The translations under genes were made by a program, and so were the position numbers. Positions 1-11,700 of a stretch of DNA of 64,000 nucleotides are shown here, one piece after another; positions within the stretch are counted from its first letter, which is position 1, and each line of letters starts with the position of its first letter. The notes under the pieces were generated by a model that was given only the letters and a program-made list of their open reading frames with translations, did no database searches and had not been told where the DNA came from. The DNA lies in the NCBI RefSeq assembly GCF_902713615.1, contig NC_052149.1:188266593-188330592 (forward strand), written 5' to 3'. This stretch comes from Scyliorhinus canicula (taxonomy: Eukaryota).

Positions 1-245
1 TGAGGGAGGTGGGCGGGATGGACCGCTTTTTGGATAAGCTGGAGTTCCCGAGACTAGGGGAGGAGTGGGTGGAGGGTCTGGGGGCCCCAATTGAGTTGGA
101 GGAGCTGATCGAGGCGTTGGGGAGCATGCAGTCAGGTAATGCAGCCTGACGGGAGCATGCAACCTGACGGGTTCCCGATGGAGTTTTACAAGAAGTTCTC
201 AGACCTGCTCGGCCCGTTGTTAGTGAGGACCCTGAATGAGGCGAG

Positions 246-277
<32 letters not shown>

Positions 278-1095
278 GCTTTGCCCCGACGATGTCCAGA
301 GCACTCATTTCTCTGATCGTGAAGCTGGATAAGGATCCACTCCAGTGTTGGTCTTACAGGCCGATCTCGCTCCTCAACGTGGACGCGAAGCTGTTGGCCA
401 AGATACTGTCCAGGAGGGTGGAGGATGTGGTTCCGCAGGTGATCCACGAGGACCAAACGGGGTTTGTGAAAGGGAGGCAGCTGAATGTCAACGTGCGGCG
501 GCTTCTTAATGTTATAATGATGTCGGCGACGGACGGGGAGACGGAAATAGTGGCATCGATGAATGCGGAGAAAGCTTTTGATAGGGTGGAGTGGAGTTAC
601 CTGTGGGAGGTGTTGAGGAGATTTGGGTTTGGTGAGGGGTTCATTAGTTGGGTGAGGCTACTGTACAGTGCTCCGGTGGGGAGCGTGGTGATGAATGGGA
701 GGAGGTCGGAGGACTTTCAGCTGTCCTGGGGGACGAGGCAGGGATGCGCCTTGTCTCCCCTACTCTTCGCGTTAGCGATTGAACCCCTGGCCATGGCACT
801 GAGGGAATCGATGAACTGGAGGGGGATTGTGCGGGGGGAGGGGGGGGGGGGGGCACCGGCTGTCGTTGTACACGGACGATTTACTGCTGTACATTGCGGA
901 TCCGGCAGGGGGGATGCCAGAGGAATTTGGCTCGGATATGGGGGTTTGTTCTTACGGTTCTATGTTTATTACTCTTTCTGGTTGTTAATTTATTGCTTTG
1001 CATTGGGGGGAAGGGGTTTCTGTTTTTTCTTTTTGTTTTCTTTGTTGGGATAAAATTTGTTGTTGAAAAATCTGAATAAAAATTATTTTTTTAAA
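1..1095 (+). mobile_element. L1/Tx1-clade LINE fragment: ORF2 reverse transcriptase joined by an internal deletion (~923) to a T-rich 3' UTR
   Basis: ORF 139-1053 has non-LTR RT motifs YRPISLLNVDAKLLAKIL, DQTGFVKGR, AEKAFDRVEW, GTRQGCALSPLLF; AATAAA and an A-rich tail at ~1075-1120. Confidence 0.88.
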
Positions 1096-1313
1096 AATAA
1101 AATAAATGTATATAAATAAATGAAAATACTATACGTGCCCAAGCTGCACAAAAGGAATGCTTCTTGTAAGTTAGGGAGGCAATATTTCACAAGAAAGAAT
1201 CTATTTTTCTTAAAATTTCAGATTGTGAAGAATAGTGCACTAATTTTAGTCATAACAAGACATTTCAATATAATTAACCTCATCATGAAAATATTTGTTA
1301 CCAAATAAGAGGG

Positions 1314-1540
1314 TGTGGTAGGCTATATTAGGGGTATCGCGGTACCTAGGTGGGATGTACCTTCTACTGTAGTATGAGTGGTAGAGCCTGCCTGCTGGTG
1401 CCGCCCAGCAGGCGGAGCATAAGAGTCTGTGTTTCACCCACAGCAGTCATTCTGTGCCGGAGCTGCTGGGGTAACTACTTGTTCATTAAAGCCTTCAATT
1501 GGACTACAATCTCGCTTCAGTAGTGATTGATCGCGCATCG
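1314..1540 (+). mobile_element. Solo LTR, same family as the LTRs at 12246-12470 and 13654-13876
   Basis: Near-identical to those LTRs; starts TGTGG, ends CATCG (CA mutated); 5-bp TSD GAGGG at 1309-1313 and 1541-1545. Confidence 0.93.
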
Positions 1541-2106
1541 GAGGGCACGCTTCTTCTGCTGGAGCCCATTCCGGAAATGTCAGCATCTTTATCAGTAAAG
1601 GAAGTAAAGGTGTAGATTGGTAATGGTAATTTTTTTAAAGGTAGATTGCTCATCTTTAGGTGTAATTGTATTCATTCCTTAAATAACAGTCTACTTCAAC
1701 TATCACGGATAGAATACATGAGGAAAAATCTAAACTATGTCAACTTCTTTAAGAAACTTTTGGGTGGAATAAAGGACTCCAATGACAGGATTCTATTTTC
1801 GAGGATCATCTCTCAAATAATTTGATAACAGTTGTGGTAATATGCCTATGAGCTATATCATAGTTGGATGGTATGAGACCTCCAACCAGCAGTGGTACAG
1901 ACAAACGATGTGGTCTCCAGACCAAGGTCATGTGATCTGGGACCCAGATATACACACCCGGCCATTTTCTGAAGAACAAGGAGAGGGTAATAAGACGCCC
2001 ATATAATTAGTCAGTTCCAGGTGTACGTTCCAGAGGAGTAGAAAGACTCCATGATAACATGCTCTGTATCAGATTGCTGTCCTACCACGAGACATAATAA
2101 AAGGAT

Positions 2107-2480
2107 CCTAATGTGTACATATGGGAAGTAGATCGATGGTACTCCACAGCCCTGACCGTAGAGCTGCTGGCAGAGAGGAAAAACTACAATCGGAATTTGA
2201 CCTGTTCTCCACTGGTAAGCAGGAAACCAGCTCCGTCAGACATGGGGAGCCTTCTATGAGCACGAAGACAAGGCCAGCCACCTGCAGGCACATCAGCTGA
2301 GGAAGCAGGCTACCACAGGAGAGATAGCACAGATAAGGGACGGGAACAGTAGGGTAGTCACAGCTCTAAACGAGATCAACGGAAACATCGCAACCTTTTA
2401 CTGAGGACTGTACATGTCCAAGCCCCCAGAGGGGAACTCAAAAATAAAACAGTTCCTCAATGGGCTGGACATACCAGTTA
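2107..2480 (+). mobile_element. Degenerate L1 ORF2 fragment (linker upstream of RT)
   Basis: Reads as ...AFYEHEDKAS..LRKQATTGEIAQIRD...EINGNIATFY..LYMSKPP..IKQFLNGLDIP across frameshifts, typical of the vertebrate L1 ORF2 linker. Confidence 0.6.
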
Positions 2481-2657
2481 AAATTGGCCATCTTAAATTA
2501 AAGAATTGGGCACTTTAATACAAGCCACAGTCACTCCAGCTCAGCCTTATGGGAATTCGAACTGGCCAAGTTCAAATAGACTAAAGGTCAGACAAGCTGC
2601 CAAGACATGTCCGGACCTGTCCTGTCATTCGGCTATCAAGAGATATTTGATTTGATT

Positions 2658-2841
2658 GAAATGAAATGAAAATGAAAATCGCTTATTGTCACAAGTAGGC
2701 TTCAGTGAAGTTACTGTGAAAAGCCCTTAGTCGCCACATTCCGGCGCCTGTTCGGGGAGGCTGGTACGGGAATTGAACCGTGCTGCTGGCCTGCTTGGTC
2801 TGCCAAGCCATCGATTTAGCCCAGTGTGCTAAACCAACCCC
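2658..2841 (-). mobile_element. tRNA-derived SINE (second family, with (TTTCA)n tail)
   Basis: Minus-strand A-box region GGTTTAGCACACTGG and B-box GGTTCAATTCC; same family recurs twice at 32235-32586 and partly at ~39985-40080. Confidence 0.8.
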
Positions 2842-3651
2842 TCATTGATATGCACCAATCTATCGTTGCAAGCCCAGGCCGGGGCCAGATGCTCGGGCAC
2901 CGAGAGTTTCCACCGTCACTTTATTTTGTAAAGGTGTACATGCAAATAACGCCATTGGAGATGGAAATCTGGTGACCTGCCAATTGGGCATCAATCGGAT
3001 CACTGGACACTAAAACCCCCTCTCGATGCCACATGGCCAACAGGAAATGGGAAAAGGGGAATAAAAGTAGGCACTCCGGACCCCTCGGAAGGGAAGACTT
3101 AGCATGGGATGTGACCTTGACCAGACCAGAGAAAAGACGACCAGACCAGACCAAAGAAGGAAGGTAGGAAGAGACTGGCAGTGAGAACTACCTTCGTGAA
3201 GATGGACCAGAGGAATGCAGTGATCAAATCCATAGCCCTACAAAGCTATGCTTGCATGTAGAATACACTGATCTTGGGTACCTCTAGTATATTTTGTGGG
3301 TAATGTAAGGGTTAATTGTGTTAAATAAATATTGTTGAATTTGAACTTGTGTTTGTGGTTTGTTCTTCTCGTTAATAAAGATACCGAGGAAAATGTTTGA
3401 GTAAGCAAACTGGTCGAAAGTATCTGAGGTTTTACAGATACAACACACCTGCTCAGATAGAGGTCGGCAGTCCCACCCAGGGCCTCAAACTGGCTATCCG
3501 AACTAGCGGAGTTCCAAAAACTAGCCAAAATAAAATTCACCATCAGTGGGGCAGAGGAAGGGTTCGCCATACATGGAAACAATTCATCAGGCTCTCTGAA
3601 GACCTGTTCGTGGCCGGCAATTAGGCTGGGGGTTGGCAGCTCTGACTTAGT

Positions 3652-3972
3652 GGGCAGCACGGCAGTACAGGGGGATAGCACTGTGGCTTCACAGCGCCAG
3701 GGTCCCAGCTTCGATTCCCCGCTGGGTCACTGTGCCGAGTCTGCACGATGTCCCCGTGACTGCGTGGGTTTCCTCCGGGTGCTCCGGTTTCCTCCCACAG
3801 TCCAAAGACGTGCAGGTTAGGTGGATTGGCCATGATAAATTGCCCTTAGTGACCAAAAAGGTTAGGAGGGGTTATTGGGTTACAGGATAGGGTGGAAGTG
3901 AGGGCTTAAGTGGGTCGGTGCAGACTCGATGGGCCAAATGGCCTCCTTCTGCACTGTATATTCTATGTTCTA
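3652..3972 (+). mobile_element. HE1-type tRNA-derived SINE
   Basis: GGGCAGCACGG head, degenerate B-box (GCTTCGATTCC), core GGGTTTCCTCCGGGTGCTCCGGTTTCCTCCCACAGTCCAAAGA, CR1-like tail; many copies in the window. Confidence 0.88.
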
Positions 3973-4299
3973 TGGGCACAATGCACCGGCCGCAATCCGC
4001 TCTCGCTTGAACGCAGTGCAGCCGGTGAATGTCGGGAGAGCCTTCCCACGAACTTCCCGGAAGTCTTCATGCCTCGCAGCATTCACCCAAGTCCCCCGAG
4101 GTGTTGGAGGCAAGATCCTGCCCACAAGGGGCAGGACCAAACAGCGCTCACCAATGCTGATTTTAAACCCACTTTGGCGAACTTACCTGATTTCTGCCGC
4201 CATCACAGGGTCCACCAGTTTCCCCAGCGAGACCGCAGCTGGGCGCCATTCAGCACTGATCCGCACAAACATGGACCAAGCAAAACGTAATTGAGCAAT

Positions 4300-4630
4300 G
4301 CCCACCTACAGACTGGAACAAGCTCCGCAGTGTCTCAACCATTCCCTCGTGGGAGCGGGACATGTCCCTCAGAACCTCATCAAGGTCAGCCTGGTCCTGG
4401 GAACATCCCCCAGCGAGGTAGACATTCTGTCGAGACCCTCAGCCATGCCAACATCATGCACCAGACTTTCCATTACGGTCGCTACTCTAGCAGTGTTGGC
4501 CTCGGTGCCACGCATTGCCGGCAACATCTCCTGCGCCCATAGCCTCTGAGACTCCTCCAAGTGGCTATGAACCTGCTCGAGTGTCACTGACATCTCCCTG
4601 TAAATGTCCCGGCCGCGCCCTAACATCTCC
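4300..4630 (-). mobile_element. Probable fragment of a Harbinger accessory (Myb/SANT) gene C-terminal region
   Basis: Helical peptide EMLGRGRDIYREMSVTLEQVHSHLEESQRLWAQEM...ARVATVMESL, similar in character to 27173-27900. Confidence 0.4.
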
Positions 4631-4764
4631 ATCAGCCCAATAAACGTTGAATAGCCTTGTTGGCCTCGCTGGGCTGAGCGCCGGGAAACTCGCAGCAGTT
4701 CCTGCTCGCTACCACACTGAGAAATCTTTCCTGGGAATCGCACCCTACAAATCTCACCCTATTT

Positions 4765-4909
4765 CCAGATCTCTCCAGCTTTGACAAAGGAGACATCCTG
4801 ACTCGAAACGTTAGCTCCCTTCTCTCTCCACAGATGCTGTCAGACCTGTTGAGATTATCCAGCATTTTCTTTTTTTGTTTCGGATTCCAGCATCCGCAGT
4901 AATTTGCTT
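4765..4909 (+). mobile_element. Penelope-type pseudo-LTR remnant with degenerate hammerhead core
   Basis: TTGACAAAGG...GACTCGAAACGTT followed by CTCTCCACAGATGCTG...CCAGCATTTTC...CCAGCATCCGCAGT; related copies at ~31305-31456 and 49951-50122. Confidence 0.55.
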
Positions 4910-5254
4910 TAAATTTTGAACTTTCCATTTGTTTTAGCATGTCATTTTATGGCAACCTTTGTATGAAAAGAAAAACCAATCATCGCGATTTACTGGCCAC
5001 ATCCCGTCAAGAGGCTTCTCCCAGAATTCCTGACGTTTGTTATGCCTTGCATGATCTCGTTAGGTCCCGCGAGGCGTCATGACCAGGATTCCATCCACAA
5101 TGGGCGGGCCCCGACTCGCAGAGATAAAGGAGTTTAAAGCTCACTTAACTACTCCCTTGCCAGATTTCTGGCTGCATCACAGCCTGTTATGGAAACTGCT
5201 CGGCCCAAGACCATACAAAACTACAGAGAGTTGTGAACACAGCCCGGTCTATCA

Positions 5255-5682
5255 CGTGAACCCACCTCACATCCACTGACTCTGCCTACCCCTCCCGCTG
5301 CCTTGGGAAAGCGGGCAGCATAATCAAAATCCCTCCCACCCGGGTTACTCCCTCTTCCAACTTCTTCCATTGGGCAGAAACTACAAACGTTCGAGAACAC
5401 GCACTAACAGATTCAGAATCAGCTTATTCCCCGCTCCTAAATGTGACTGAATGGACTGAACTGATCTCTTCACACATCTTCTCTGCTGAATAGGACTGTA
5501 CTTTGTATGATTCACCCAATGCCTCGGTTTATGTATTTACTTTGTGTATTTGTGTATGTCTTATGTTTTTTTTCTCATGTATGGAATTATCTGATTGGAC
5601 TGTACACAGAAAAATACTTTTCCCTGTACCTTGGTACACATGACAATAAAACAAATCCAATCCAATCCAATCCAATCCAATC
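5255..5682 (+). mobile_element. Rex1/Babar-like LINE 3' end with (CAATC)n tail
   Basis: Peptide PSHPGYSLFQLLPLGRNYK...RTRTNRF resembling the Rex1 C-terminus; AATAAA then a CAATC microsatellite at 5653-5681. Confidence 0.65.
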
Positions 5683-7767
5683 TAACTGGCTCCCGGGGTC
5701 TACTGGCCTCGTCGAGAAGACGCCAGTAGGTGCCGATTAGCACTGATCCCCACAAGCAGGGGCCAGGCAGCATGGCACTTGGGGATCTCCCAGGTGATTG
5801 GAGGCCTCCGGATGGTTGGTATCTGGGCTGGGTGGTACCCTGGCACTGCTGATGCCACTGAGGCACCTTGGCACTGCCAGCCTGGCAGGGCGCTGCCAGT
5901 GCCAAGGTGTCCAGGTGCCATTTTGCCCATGCTGGGGATCGGGCCCAAGGGTGCCCTGCCCATGGGAGGTGGGGTGTGGTAGGGGGAGCTCGAAGACACC
6001 CCAACAGATAGTTCAGGAGTTGCGTCGGGGGCGGGGGGTGGGGTCAAGAGATCAGGGCACCACAACAAATGCAGCTAAGTGCAGCCTCGACGGACATTCC
6101 CAGTGGAGGCCTGAAAAAAAAAGTGCCGTGAGGTAGCAGTCATTACAATTGCGACAAGCACCAGGAACAACCTCTCCAATCCTGCTAAGAACGGTTAGAC
6201 CGCGCCCAACATGATTTAGATATCTAGGCCTCGGGAGTCTCCTCAGAAGGTATCGCATATTTTCATGTAAAAGTCAAGTTTCTGAGACCAAATCTTTGGC
6301 TGGAAAAAGGGGGAGGCTTGACGAATAATACTTTCTCGGGGTTGAACTCCACCTCTCCTTTCATCTTGCTACCTAACTGTTTACTGGGGTACACTAGCCA
6401 ATCACAGAGTGGCCAGGGCAGAGTTCTCCCCAAATCTAGAGCAAATGAAGCCAAAAAGTATTTTTGTTACTTTGCACAGACACGAGATACTAAACAACCA
6501 TCTTCAAATGAGTAGGTTTGCACCATGGCAAGTTTGCCGTCAGCTGTGAACAAGAGGCAAGTACAAGGAGGTCAGATTTTTTGGCGAAAAGTCAAGAGTC
6601 AACTCACAAGTGAGGTCAACTGTTATTCGAGTATATACAGTTTCTGCTTCTTAGTATTATATCCTGCTTATAATCCGAGGCTGACGATAAGTTGACCTTG
6701 CTTTCTCATTAAGTCATTGACTGACTGCTAGTTACAAACAGATAAAATACAATTATATCAATGCTATGGAACAATGCAGATAATTAAAGCAATCCTGAAG
6801 AGGAATAAGGGGTGCTTTATTAAAGGAATGCATTTGAGAGAAGTAAACACTACATACTCAACATTCCAAGTACATTATACATTTGCCATACTTTTCTTAT
6901 TCATTGTTGCTTATCTCATCATTAAAGTCAGTTTTCATTTTCTCCCTTCGTTTTGTCTGCTTATTTTCCCACCACTACTGGCTGATAAACTGTTTTTTGT
7001 TTCAGATCACATTCCCACCATTCTACTGCCACTAACACTATCAACACCCTATTGAATTTCAATTATTTTCCATGTGCCTGTGTTCACTGCCATGCAGAGT
7101 TTTTTTGGTTCCAAAATCTGTTCCCGACTTCCAACTGCTCTGAGAAATCTCTTGTGCAACATTTCACTGCTGCAATTATCGATCCCTTTAATACCCCAAC
7201 GACTCTCATTATCAGACTGCTGTCAGGACAGCATCTTCTTTTCTATTTCCATGATTTTCCTTTGAAAATGAACTTGCTTAGCAAGTTAGCCGATACTCTG
7301 CAGAATCACAGCATGTGGCTCATTGCTGAATGTTTGAGACAATTATTCTCCCCCGACTCTGGACAAAGTATTTGCTCAAAGATGGCCGTTGTTTTATAAA
7401 ACCACTTGGTGCAGACTGTGGTGAATTATAAACCTCAGTAATTCACACTGTATTGTACCACATGTATTGAGCCTGTACTCTGTACCGGATTGTGTGTAAT
7501 CGCGCGGCCCTGCCCATAGGGGGAGACGAGGAGTTTGTACTGGGCTCCACCCTTGGCTCCGCCCATGGCTCCGCCCATGGCACCTCCCCCAACCGGAAGT
7601 ATAAAAGATCAGTGCTGTGAGCTTGCTGCCAGTTCATCTCGAGTTCACCTCATCACAGGCAGGCTCTGTTGTAAGACGATTAAAACCACTGTTCACTTCA
7701 AACCACGTGTCGCATGTATTGATGGTCTCATCAATTTAATCGTCTTAAGAAACAGTAAGAAACGACT

Positions 7768-8870
7768 ATGGAATCAGCCCTCAAACCTGATCGACTGGAA
7801 CTCGACCCACAGGATGCAGAGGAGAAAGAAATCTTTTCACACTGGCTCAGATGTTTCAAGAAACTACGGAGGAGCAGAAACTCAGCCTACTGCACGCAAG
7901 GGTGAGCCATCGTATCTCTACTCAACTTAATTGTACCAACTCATATACGGAGGCCCTGGCCCTGCTCGACAGAATGTACATGAGGCCCGTCAATGAGGTC
8001 TACGCGCTCCACGTTTTTACGACTCGCCGCCTGCGCCCCACAGAATCGCTAGAGGAATTCCTGCGTGATTTAAAGGCCTTATCCCGGGACTGTAATCATC
8101 AAGCTGTAACTGCTGCCGAACACAGGGAACTCGCTGTCCGAGATGTATTCGTTGCAGGCCTCAGGTCCAACTATGTGCGCCAACGGTTGCTTGAGAAGGG
8201 AGCCCAAAACTTAGAAGACACTGTAGAACTCGCCACTACTATGGAGGTCTCGTTCCGCAGCCTCACCTCGTTCCCGCGGACTCAGCGACCCTGTCATGGG
8301 CCCCCGACTGCCCCAGGCCTGCGCAGCGCGCCACCTAGCCACTATACTGCACCAACGTGCCACTTTTGTGGACAGCCCCAGCACCCGCGGGAGCACTGCC
8401 CGGCCCGCAACGCGACCTGCAGCAGCTGCGGTCGCAAAGGACACTATGCCCGGGTATGCTTGGCAAAGAAAACTCCAGCCCCAAACTCTCTCGCAGCCCA
8501 GAGCACTCGCTCTCCAAACTCGCAGGCCCGCAGGCCCCGTAACGCTGCGGCCTGTACTCCGACTCCACCCCCAACCGTCACGTGCGACCCATGGGGCCGT
8601 CATCTTGGCAACCCCCCACCACGCGGCCGGCCACGTGCGACTCATAGGGGCCGCCATCTTGGACACCATCTTCCTCGCCGCCCGTCACGTGCGATCCACT
8701 TGGGCGGCCATCTTGGGCTCCATCCTCTCCAAACTCAGAAACTCAAATCGAAGACTGCGACCTCAGCGGGCATTCATCACGGGGCCACTCCAGCACAGCT
8801 GATCGAGCCGCCAACTACCCACAACTCAGGGCGGTCACATTGGACCAGTCGCGTCCAAAACACCTCTGAA
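7768..8870 (+). pseudogene. gag: E1 gag (frameshifted)
   Basis: ATG at 7768 reads MESALKPDRLELDPQ; RDVFVAGL motif; tandem zinc knuckles CHFCGQPQHPREHC and CSSCGRKGHYARVC. Confidence 0.88.
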
Positions 8871-8875
8871 ACTCG

Positions 8876-11700
8876 ATGATGACCGTTAAAATCAATGGGT
8901 ACAGTACACCGTGCCTCTTCGACTCCGGGAGCACCGAGAGCTTCGTACACCCAGATCTGGTAAGACGCTGTTCGCTCCCTGTTTTTCCTGCACGGCAAAC
9001 TATCTCCCTCGCTTCGGGCTCCCACTCTGTTCACCTCCAAGGGCACACCGTCGCGACTCTTAACGATCCAATTTTCAAATTTACAATCCAATCCAAAACT
9101 CGAATTTTCAGCTATACGTCCTGCCCGAACTCTGCGCCCCACTCTTACTGGGACTTGATTTCCGGTGTAATCTCAAAAGTCTCACACTGAGCTTCGGCGG
9201 ACCCCTACCTCCACTCACTATCTGCAGTCTAGCGATGCTAAGAATCTCCCCCCCGCCACTCTTTGTCAATCTCACTCCGGACTGTAAACCCGTAGCCACT
9301 CGCAGCAGGCGGTACAGCCTGCAGGACAGGGTGTTTATCAGAACCGAGGTCCGGAGGCTCCTACGTGAGGGGATCATAGAGGCCAGTAACAGCCCCTGGA
9401 GAGTTCAGGTGGTGGTCGTCAAGACCGGGGAAAAATTCCGAATGGTAGTGGACTACAGTCAGACCATTAATCGGTTCACGCTCCTCGATGTGTACCCCCT
9501 CCCCAGGATTGCAGACATGGTGAATCAGATCGCCCAGTATCGTATTTTCTCCACGGTGGATCTGAAGTCTGCATACCACCAGCTCCCAATCCGCCCGGAG
9601 GACCGCCACTAGACGGCGTTCGAGGCCGATGGCCGCCTCTTCCATTTCCTCCAGGTTCCCTTTGGCGTCACGAACGGGGTCTCGGTGTTCCAACGAGCAA
9701 TGGACCAAATGGTGGACCAGTACGGGCTGCGGGCCACGTTTCCGTACTTGGATAACGTCACCATCTGCGGCTATGACCAGCAGGACCACGATGCCAACCT
9801 CCATCGATTTCTCCAGACGGCCCAGAAACTCAACCTCACTTACAACACGGAGAAATGCGTTTTCCGCACGACCAGACTAGCCATCCTCGGCTGTGTCGTG
9901 GAAAACGGAGTCCAGGGCCCCGACCCGGACCGTATGCGCCCCCTCTTAGAACTCCCTCTCCCTCATTGTCCCAGGGCCCTCAAAAGGTGCCTGGGATTCT
10001 TCTCGTATTATGCCCAGTGGGTCCCTCAATATGCGGACAAAGCCCGCCCACTATTTAAGGCCACACTCTTCCCTCTGTCGGATGAGGCTCGTCAGGCCTT
10101 CACTCGGATCAAGGAGGACATCGCCAAAGCGGCCATGCGGGCGGTGGATGAATCCATCCCTTTTCAGGTAGAGAGCGATGCCTCAGAGGTAGCTCTCGCA
10201 GCCACTTTAAATCAGGCAGGGAGACCAGTCGCCTTTTTCTCCCGAACCCTCTCCGCTTTGGAACTTCGACACTCCTCGGTCGAAAAAGAAGCACAAGCCA
10301 TTGTGGAGGCTATTCGTCACTGGAGGCACTACCTCGCAGGTAGAAGGTTCACCTTCATCACCGACCAAAGATCGGTTGCCTTCATGTTTGACAACTCTCA
10401 AAGGGGCAAAATAAAAAATGATAAAATCCTGAGGTGGAGGATCGAACTCTCCACCTACAAATACGATATTATGTATCGACCGGGGAAGCTCAACGAGCCC
10501 CCAGATGCCCTGTCCCGCGGTACGTGCGCCAGCGCAAAAAACGACCGCCTGAAAGCCATCCACAATGACCTCTGCCACCCGGGGGTCACCCGGCTCGCCC
10601 AGTACGTCAAAGCCCAAAATCTGCCTTTCTCCACTGAGGAGGTAAAAGCCATCACCAGTGACTGCCCGATCTGTGCGGAGTGCAAACCGCAATTCTATAG
10701 ACCAGACAGGGCCAACCTGGTCAAGGCTTCTCGGCCCTTTGAACGCCTCGCTATCGATTTCAAAGGGCCACTCCCCTCGACTAATCGGAATGTGTACTTC
10801 CTGAATGTCATCGACGAGTTCTCCCGCTTCCCCTTTGCTATCCCGTGCCCCGATATGACCTCCCACACAGTCATTAGGGCCCTGCATAGCATCTTCACCC
10901 TGTTTGGTTTCCCCAGCTACGTACACAGCGACAGGGGTTCGTCCTTCATAAACGACAAGCTGCGTCAGTACCTGCTTGGCAAGGGCATCGCCTCGAGCAG
11001 GACTACCAGCTATAACCCCAGGGGAACGGGCAGGTGGAGAGGGAGAATGCGACGGTCTGGAAGACCGTCCTACTGACCTTCTGGTCCAGGAAGCTCCCAA
11101 CCTCCCATTGGCAGGAGGTCCTCCCCGACGCGCTCCGTGCTATTAGGTTGCTCCTATGTATGGCCACCAACCAGACCCCTCACGAGCGGCTTTGTTTTTC
11201 CCAGGGGCACTACGACGGGTGCTTCGCTCCCAGCATGGTTGAAGACACCGGACCCAGTACTCCTCCTGAAGCACGTCAGGGCACACAAAACTGACCCACT
11301 CGTAGAAAGAGTGCTCCTACTCCACTCAAACGCCTTCATAGAGTACCCTGACGGCCGTCAGGACACTGTATCCCTCTGGGACCTAGCGCCTGCAGGATCT
11401 AATCCCACCACTACCACCGCCGAGGTACCCCTCACACTACTCCCCACCCAACTCGCCGCACCCCATGCCCCCGCACCTACCGGTTCGCTACCCACGTTCC
11501 GCACACCCGCGCCCACAAGCTTCCAGCACTCCCGGTCACCAGTCGAACCAGTCGGGTACGAAGCTCGGACAGAATCACCCCCGGAGTCCTCCATCGTACC
11601 CCAACCAACCGTTATCGTCCAGCCACCAGAAGAGGTTGCAACTCCAGTGCTCCGCCGATCACAAAGGACAACTCGGCCACCGGACAGACTCAATTTGTAG
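8876..11700 (+). pseudogene. pol: E1 pol (protease, RT, RNase H, integrase) with stops and frameshifts
   Basis: PR LFDSGS; RT FRMVVDY, VDLKSAYHQ, YLDN; RH ESDASEVA, EKEAQAIV; IN H..H..CPIC, IDFKGP, HSDRGSSF, ERENATV. Confidence 0.93.

Noticed and set aside
248-278. Very long G or C homopolymers (also ~14512, 22317, 36592, 37016, 38572)
   Set aside because: Lengths are unreliable in sequencing and assembly, and they lie inside TEs; some apparent frameshifts may be artefacts.
3652-3730. tRNA gene candidates (A and B boxes here and at many other sites)
   Set aside because: Each continues into the shared SINE core and tail; these are SINE heads, not tRNA genes.
10207-11100. 297-aa antisense ORF within E1
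   Set aside because: It is the shadow of the GC-rich pol frame and has no recognisable motifs.
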